A DNA stretch of 63,862 nucleotides, the filler included. It is 5 parts of 5 records of this genome, joined end to end, with 100 filler letters (N's around TTAATTAATTAA, not from the genome) between each part and the next. Parts side by side here need not be neighbours in the genome. Positions count along the whole stretch, not along the records: positions 57,718 to 63,862 come from SRR31156797_4299; 4 more parts are not named here. One strand, written 5' to 3'. Made by a program: the position numbers and the translations under genes. The notes under the pieces are model-generated. The model had not been told where the DNA came from, ran no database searches, and was given only the letters and a program-made list of their open reading frames with translations. Shown in pieces: positions 60,036 through 63,862 of the stretch (positions are counted from its first letter, which is position 1; every line of letters begins with the position of its first letter).

Positions 60036-60208
60036 TTAATTAGGAAGTTTATTCCAAAACGATGTCAATTAGACAGAAACGGAAGCAATTCCTACACAAT
60101 TGCTTATGCATATATATCGTAGTTGTAAAAGCGAGAGAACAAGTTTGACAGAACAAGTCCTCTCTAATCATCCTGATAGGTGCGCCAACACCTCGCATGA
60201 CTGATACA

Positions 60209-60237
60209 ATTATATCACATAGAAAATGTTTTGAAAA
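60209..60237 (-). promoter_or_regulatory. Antisense sigma-70 promoter (extended -10)
   Basis: TTTTCA-N17-TATAAT with TGa before the -10, on the minus strand. Confidence 0.55.
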
Positions 60238-60441
60238 GTATTAAACTACTAGTCAAAACTCAGCTTTTGTAATACAAAATTTCATGTGATAATTCTCGAA
60301 ACGAATGATATTATATCATTCTGGTTTTGTGATACGCGAAAGCTGTCATGAAAACTAGAGAATAGAAATGTAAACTGATGATCTAATCACAATTTTGTGT
60401 GTAGATTTATTCAGTTAACTTTTGATTGTAAATAACGTTGT

Positions 60442-60487
60442 ACGGGTTCGTCATCTATAGGAGATGGTGAACCCGTTGTTTTTTTTG
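60442..60487 (+). terminator. Intrinsic terminator
   Basis: 15-bp stem ACGGGTTCGTCATCT/AGATGGTGAACCCGT (2 G-U) plus T tract. Confidence 0.85.
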
Positions 60488-60511
60488 GCAAAATTTAGGA
60501 TAAACTTCCGC

Positions 60512-60644
60512 AACCTCATCCGCCCTAACGGGCACCTTCTCCCTTGTTGGTATTTTCTTTCGAAAAGATCCTGCGGGTAAACCTAATCTTAGGAGAAGGA
60601 AAATTCAAAAGATTCCCTCTACTAATTTAGGAGAGGGTGAGGTT
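60512..60644. repeat. REP/MITE-like palindromic element
   Basis: CCTCATCCGCCCTAACGGGCACCTTCTCC...GGAGAAGG and CCCTCT...AGAGGG hairpins enclosed by AACCTCA/TGAGGTT. Confidence 0.55.
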
Positions 60645-60681
60645 AGTTGTAATTCGAAAATTATTCACAAGGAGGGGTCAA

Positions 60682-61032
60682 ATGCTTAGATTTACACTTG
60701 AGAAAGAACAAGCGAAAAAATTAGGAAAAAGAATATCTGAAAGGAGAATGAGGTTTCAGTTATCTCTGGAGGATTTAGAGGAGAGAACAGGTCTTGAGAA
60801 ATATTTTATCGATCAGCTCGAACAGGGGAGAGCAGCAATAGTTGATCCAAAAGCACTGATATTACTGGGGAAGAGTCTGAGAATAAACTATATAGAGCTA
60901 TACACAATAGTTGGATTTATCGATAACCATTCAATGATCAGATATATGATAGGGGATAATGATTTTTACGAGGAGATGTGTGAAGAATTGAAAAGTGAAA
61001 ATTATGTGAGCAGTATGAACTTGGAAGATTAG
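60682..61032 (+). CDS. XRE-family HTH transcriptional regulator
   Basis: LGKRISERR...LSLEDLEERTGLEKYFIDQLEQG; GGAGG RBS before MLRFT. Confidence 0.85.
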   Translation: MLRFTLEKEQAKKLGKRISERRMRFQLSLEDLEERTGLEKYFIDQLEQGRAAIVDPKALILLGKSLRINYIELYTIVGFIDNHSMIRYMIGDNDFYEEMCEELKSENYVSSMNLED

Positions 61033-61094
61033 AAAAATTTATATAGCTGCTGATAAAAACAAAAATCGTGTCTATCTGTGTGAATTCGTAGTTT

Positions 61095-61290
61095 TAGAGG
61101 TTTCAAAATATAACTTTAACATGATGTATGTCAATAGACAGGTGAATACCGTCTTGATAGTAAATCATCTGTAAACTCTAGCAGAATAAAATGCTAAGAG
61201 AATGAAAAATTAAATAGAGATAAGCGAAAGAGCTTGCATTAAGCGTCCTTATCCATGTCAAAAAATTGGCTGGATATGGGCGTTTTTTTT
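61095..61290 (+). ncRNA. Second candidate structured RNA
   Basis: Three hairpins followed by a strong terminator, no ORF. Confidence 0.4.
61242..61290 (+). terminator. Intrinsic terminator
   Basis: GCGTCCTTATCCA...TGGATATGGGCGT plus T tract. Confidence 0.8.
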
Positions 61291-61294
61291 ATTA

Positions 61295-61433
61295 CCCCCC
61301 CTCCTAACCCTAATTAATATTTTATAATTCAAAAATATTATGCGGGTGCTACCATCCCCCTGCTAAAGGGAGGGACAAAATCTTTTTAAAACAAAAAAAG
61401 TCTCCCCCTATCAGGTTGGAGGTTGGAGGGGGG
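61295..61433. repeat. REP/MITE-like element with C/G-rich terminal inverted repeats
   Basis: CCCCCCTCCTAACC ... GGTTGGAGGGGGG with internal hairpins. Confidence 0.55.
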
Positions 61434-61459
61434 CTAAAACTTAAGGAGGAATAAAAAAT

Positions 61460-63217
61460 ATGGGTACAATAGCAGATAATTTTAATGCAAATTTTGAATT
61501 TAAAAGAGTGGATGGGAAAAAATATCCTGATCCATTTATTGAGAAATATGAAACTACAAAATTTGGTGGAGGGGCACTTCATGAGTTAATTGATGAAACT
61601 AAGTTAAGAACGCATGAAGCGTTGGAGCAAATAGAAAATGGAGAACAAACAAGCATTAATGCAGATAAGGTAGATGGTTATGAAGGGTTAGAGTTAATGG
61701 ATGGAATCCACTCAAGATATGTTGATTTTATTGTTGAAGGGGATGCAGATACTTATTATCCAGTAGGAATAAGTGGAGGAGCTCATTATGGATTTCATAG
61801 GTATTCAATTAGTAGACCTTATAGTTGGCAGGCTCCAGAAACATGGAATAATTCTACTACTCATAAAGGTGGATTAACATTTACTTGGGAATGGTCAGCG
61901 GATAGTGGTTGGGGAGGTAATGATAAAAGTATTAGAATTATAGAGTTTAGTCAAACCTATAGTAGTATGGTTGCAGGTTTACAGTTGGCAGTATCGCATG
62001 GACCTTTAGTTATTTGGCTGAGAGGTGGAGGAGCTCAATATAGATTACACTCGACAAGAGGAAAAAATGCAATAGTTAATATTTATTTAGATGGCTTTAC
62101 AGCTGCTGATAAAACTACATTTTTACCAAGAACAACTCTTGATAGTGTTGATGGCGAAATTAACGCAAGATATCCAGTTAGAGGAAATGGTGGTCTTTAT
62201 GACAGTAACAATAAAGTTTGGACTGAAGGTAACGATGGTGCAGGAAGTGGGTTGGATGCTGATAAGCTAGATGGATTTCATGAAACTTCATTTAGTAGAA
62301 ATAATCGAGGTTCAATTCAGGGAGCAGATATTTCTAATGTTAATATCATGAAAAATTTAAAATCTGGAAACTATTGTGTGATTTATTCAGGTTATACAAA
62401 AATGCTTGTAGTTCAAGATTTGGGAGCGGGTTCATGTAGAAAACACTTTACATTATATCACTATGATTCAGGAAGTATTGAAGTTAACACGCTTGTTGAT
62501 GGAATATCTCTAAATGATTGGGTTCCATTAGCAACAGGGGGAAGGAATATAGATTTTATTGTAGATAATCTTTATGCAGTAGGAACGGCAGCAAGAAAAG
62601 CTTCTGTAGTTTATGCAGGAACTGGAACAATTAATACGTCTGATGCTAGAGAAAAAACAGAAATATCTAAATTAACAGAAAATGAATTAAGTGCATCAAA
62701 ACAACTTCTTGATGAGATTGGAACATATAAATGGCTATATTCTGTAGGAAATAAAGGAGAAGAAGCTAGAATTCACATTGGATTAACAGTTCAAAGAGCA
62801 ATAGAAATATTTGAAGAAAATGACTTAGATGCATTTAAATATGGCTTGATTTGTCACGATAAATGGAATGAAGAAGTAATTGAACATCCTGCTGAGCTTG
62901 AAAGAGTAGAAAAAGTTCCTGTGATGATTGAAGAAGAATACGAGGAAATAGACTTAGTCTTTGAAGATGGTAAATATTTTGAGGAAAAAGTAATAAAAAT
63001 TAGAGAAGTGCAGAAAATGGAGTCAATTGATATTTACGATAGAGGAAACAACGTGATTAGAAGCAAAAATATACCTGTTTATGAGGAAAAAATAATTCCT
63101 GCTAAAGAAGCATGGACAGAAGTGATTCAAGAAGCTGGTGATAGATATGGGTTTAGGTATGATCAATTAAATCAATTCCTTATTGCAGGTTTAAACGCAA
63201 AACTTAATGAAGAATAA
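61460..63217 (+). CDS. Phage tail fibre with C-terminal intramolecular chaperone (peptidase S74) domain
   Basis: NADKVDG and GSGLDADKLDG fibre repeats; TSDAREKT cleavage motif, HIGLTVQ, RYDQL. Confidence 0.85.
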   Translation: MGTIADNFNANFEFKRVDGKKYPDPFIEKYETTKFGGGALHELIDETKLRTHEALEQIENGEQTSINADKVDGYEGLELMDGIHSRYVDFIVEGDADTYYPVGISGGAHYGFHRYSISRPYSWQAPETWNNSTTHKGGLTFTWEWSADSGWGGNDKSIRIIEFSQTYSSMVAGLQLAVSHGPLVIWLRGGGAQYRLHSTRGKNAIVNIYLDGFTAADKTTFLPRTTLDSVDGEINARYPVRGNGGLYDSNNKVWTEGNDGAGSGLDADKLDGFHETSFSRNNRGSIQGADISNVNIMKNLKSGNYCVIYSGYTKMLVVQDLGAGSCRKHFTLYHYDSGSIEVNTLVDGISLNDWVPLATGGRNIDFIVDNLYAVGTAARKASVVYAGTGTINTSDAREKTEISKLTENELSASKQLLDEIGTYKWLYSVGNKGEEARIHIGLTVQRAIEIFEENDLDAFKYGLICHDKWNEEVIEHPAELERVEKVPVMIEEEYEEIDLVFEDGKYFEEKVIKIREVQKMESIDIYDRGNNVIRSKNIPVYEEKIIPAKEAWTEVIQEAGDRYGFRYDQLNQFLIAGLNAKLNEE

Positions 63218-63230
63218 GGGAGGTCCTAAC

Positions 63231-63746
63231 ATGTCTAATTACTACTATGGTTTAACAAGTGAGTTAAGCGGAATTGAAGCAATTCAAACTGCTTGCTCCC
63301 TGCTTCCCAGTCCTGAAGCACGATACATATTAATGCTTGCAACAGCTAAGGCGGAATCTGATTTCGGCAGATTCCGTGATACCACTCATAAATCTGCCGG
63401 AGAGGGATGGTTTCAGTTTGATCCGGGCAATGTGAGAGATGTAAGGGATAGGATGAACAGGAAATATAGGGATATAGTTGCAGATACATATGATAAATTT
63501 GATCTGGATATAGAGGATGTAGATTATACGGTGCTTAGACAAGCACCTCTTGCATCTGCTGTTATGGCAGCTTTCAAATACTGGCTTGTACCTTATGAAC
63601 TGCCAAATCCAACTCATTTTGAGGGGCTGTGGTTATATTATAAAGTCTGGTACAACAGTCGGTATGGCAAGACAACAGAGGTAAAATTCAAAAAGGCATA
63701 TAATTGGGCAATTGAAACGGCTCAGAAATATCCTTTGCGTGTTTAG
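63231..63746 (+). CDS. Lysozyme/transglycosylase-like protein, probable endolysin
   Basis: AKAESDFG (catalytic Glu-Ser) and GWFQF motifs; follows the tail fibre; GGAGG RBS. Confidence 0.6.
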   Translation: MSNYYYGLTSELSGIEAIQTACSLLPSPEARYILMLATAKAESDFGRFRDTTHKSAGEGWFQFDPGNVRDVRDRMNRKYRDIVADTYDKFDLDIEDVDYTVLRQAPLASAVMAAFKYWLVPYELPNPTHFEGLWLYYKVWYNSRYGKTTEVKFKKAYNWAIETAQKYPLRV

Positions 63747-63862
63747 AGTCAAGATCGCAACCTACGCGGTTGCATTGCGCAAACCTTACGTTTGATCGAA
63801 TTGAATTAGTTGTAAGGGTATCCCTTGTGGGTATTACTGTAAACTTAAGAAATTAATTCGTT

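Larger units (their letters stand above)
59955..60487 (+). ncRNA. Candidate large structured non-coding RNA
   Basis: About ten helices incl. a multibranch domain, G-U pairs on +, a GAAA tetraloop and a terminator; no + strand ORF with an RBS. Confidence 0.55.
57718..63862 (+). mobile_element. Phage/prophage tail-lysis region with an inserted accessory cassette
   Basis: Two tail fibre-type genes and a lysozyme-like gene. Confidence 0.8.

Noticed and set aside
60180-60450. Group II intron (GTGCG at 60180, GTACGGGTTC near 60440)
   Set aside because: No complete domain V with catalytic triad and no interrupted gene; the second motif is part of the terminator stem
59867-61459. Diversity-generating retroelement template repeat or retron beside the tail genes
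   Set aside because: No reverse transcriptase in the contig and no visible adenine-variant copy of a tail gene 3' end
63757-63836. Short hairpins after the lysin gene (GCAACC/GGTTGC, ATCCC/GGGTAT)
   Set aside because: Too short and too close to the contig edge to interpret

Overview
The window is not one locus. It is five unrelated contigs joined by artificial N44-TTAATTAATTAA-N44 spacers. (1) 1-28836, Bacteroidota-like chromosome: GNAT/racemase/M23 operon, Crp-Fnr regulator facing an octaheme (Otr-type) cytochrome-cytochrome b-rhodanese operon, an ECF sigma/anti-sigma module with two PKD-repeat T9SS proteins, a large papain-like T9SS protease, envelope genes and partial secA. (2) 28937-37113, Fusobacteriota-like chromosome: purB, glmM, gmd-rmd-GT4 and the start of the atp operon. 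(3) 37214-45769, AT-rich plasmid/ICE/phage-like gene string (probably Campylobacterota): two orphan N6-adenine MTases, a solo DndC-like protein and hypotheticals, punctuated by six copies of a structure-conserved double-hairpin element. (4) 45870-57617, Arcobacteraceae-like flagellar cluster. (5) 57718-63862, phage tail/lysis genes interrupted by a structured non-coding cassette plus an XRE gene. Best novelty candidates: the hairpin-delimited cassette array with clamp-binding-motif proteins (contig 3), the densely structured, apparently bidirectionally transcribed non-coding cassette in the phage tail region (contig 5), and a candidate ECF-driven sRNA (contig 1). All calls come from reading motifs by eye; no searches or folding programs were run, and taxonomic labels are inferences.
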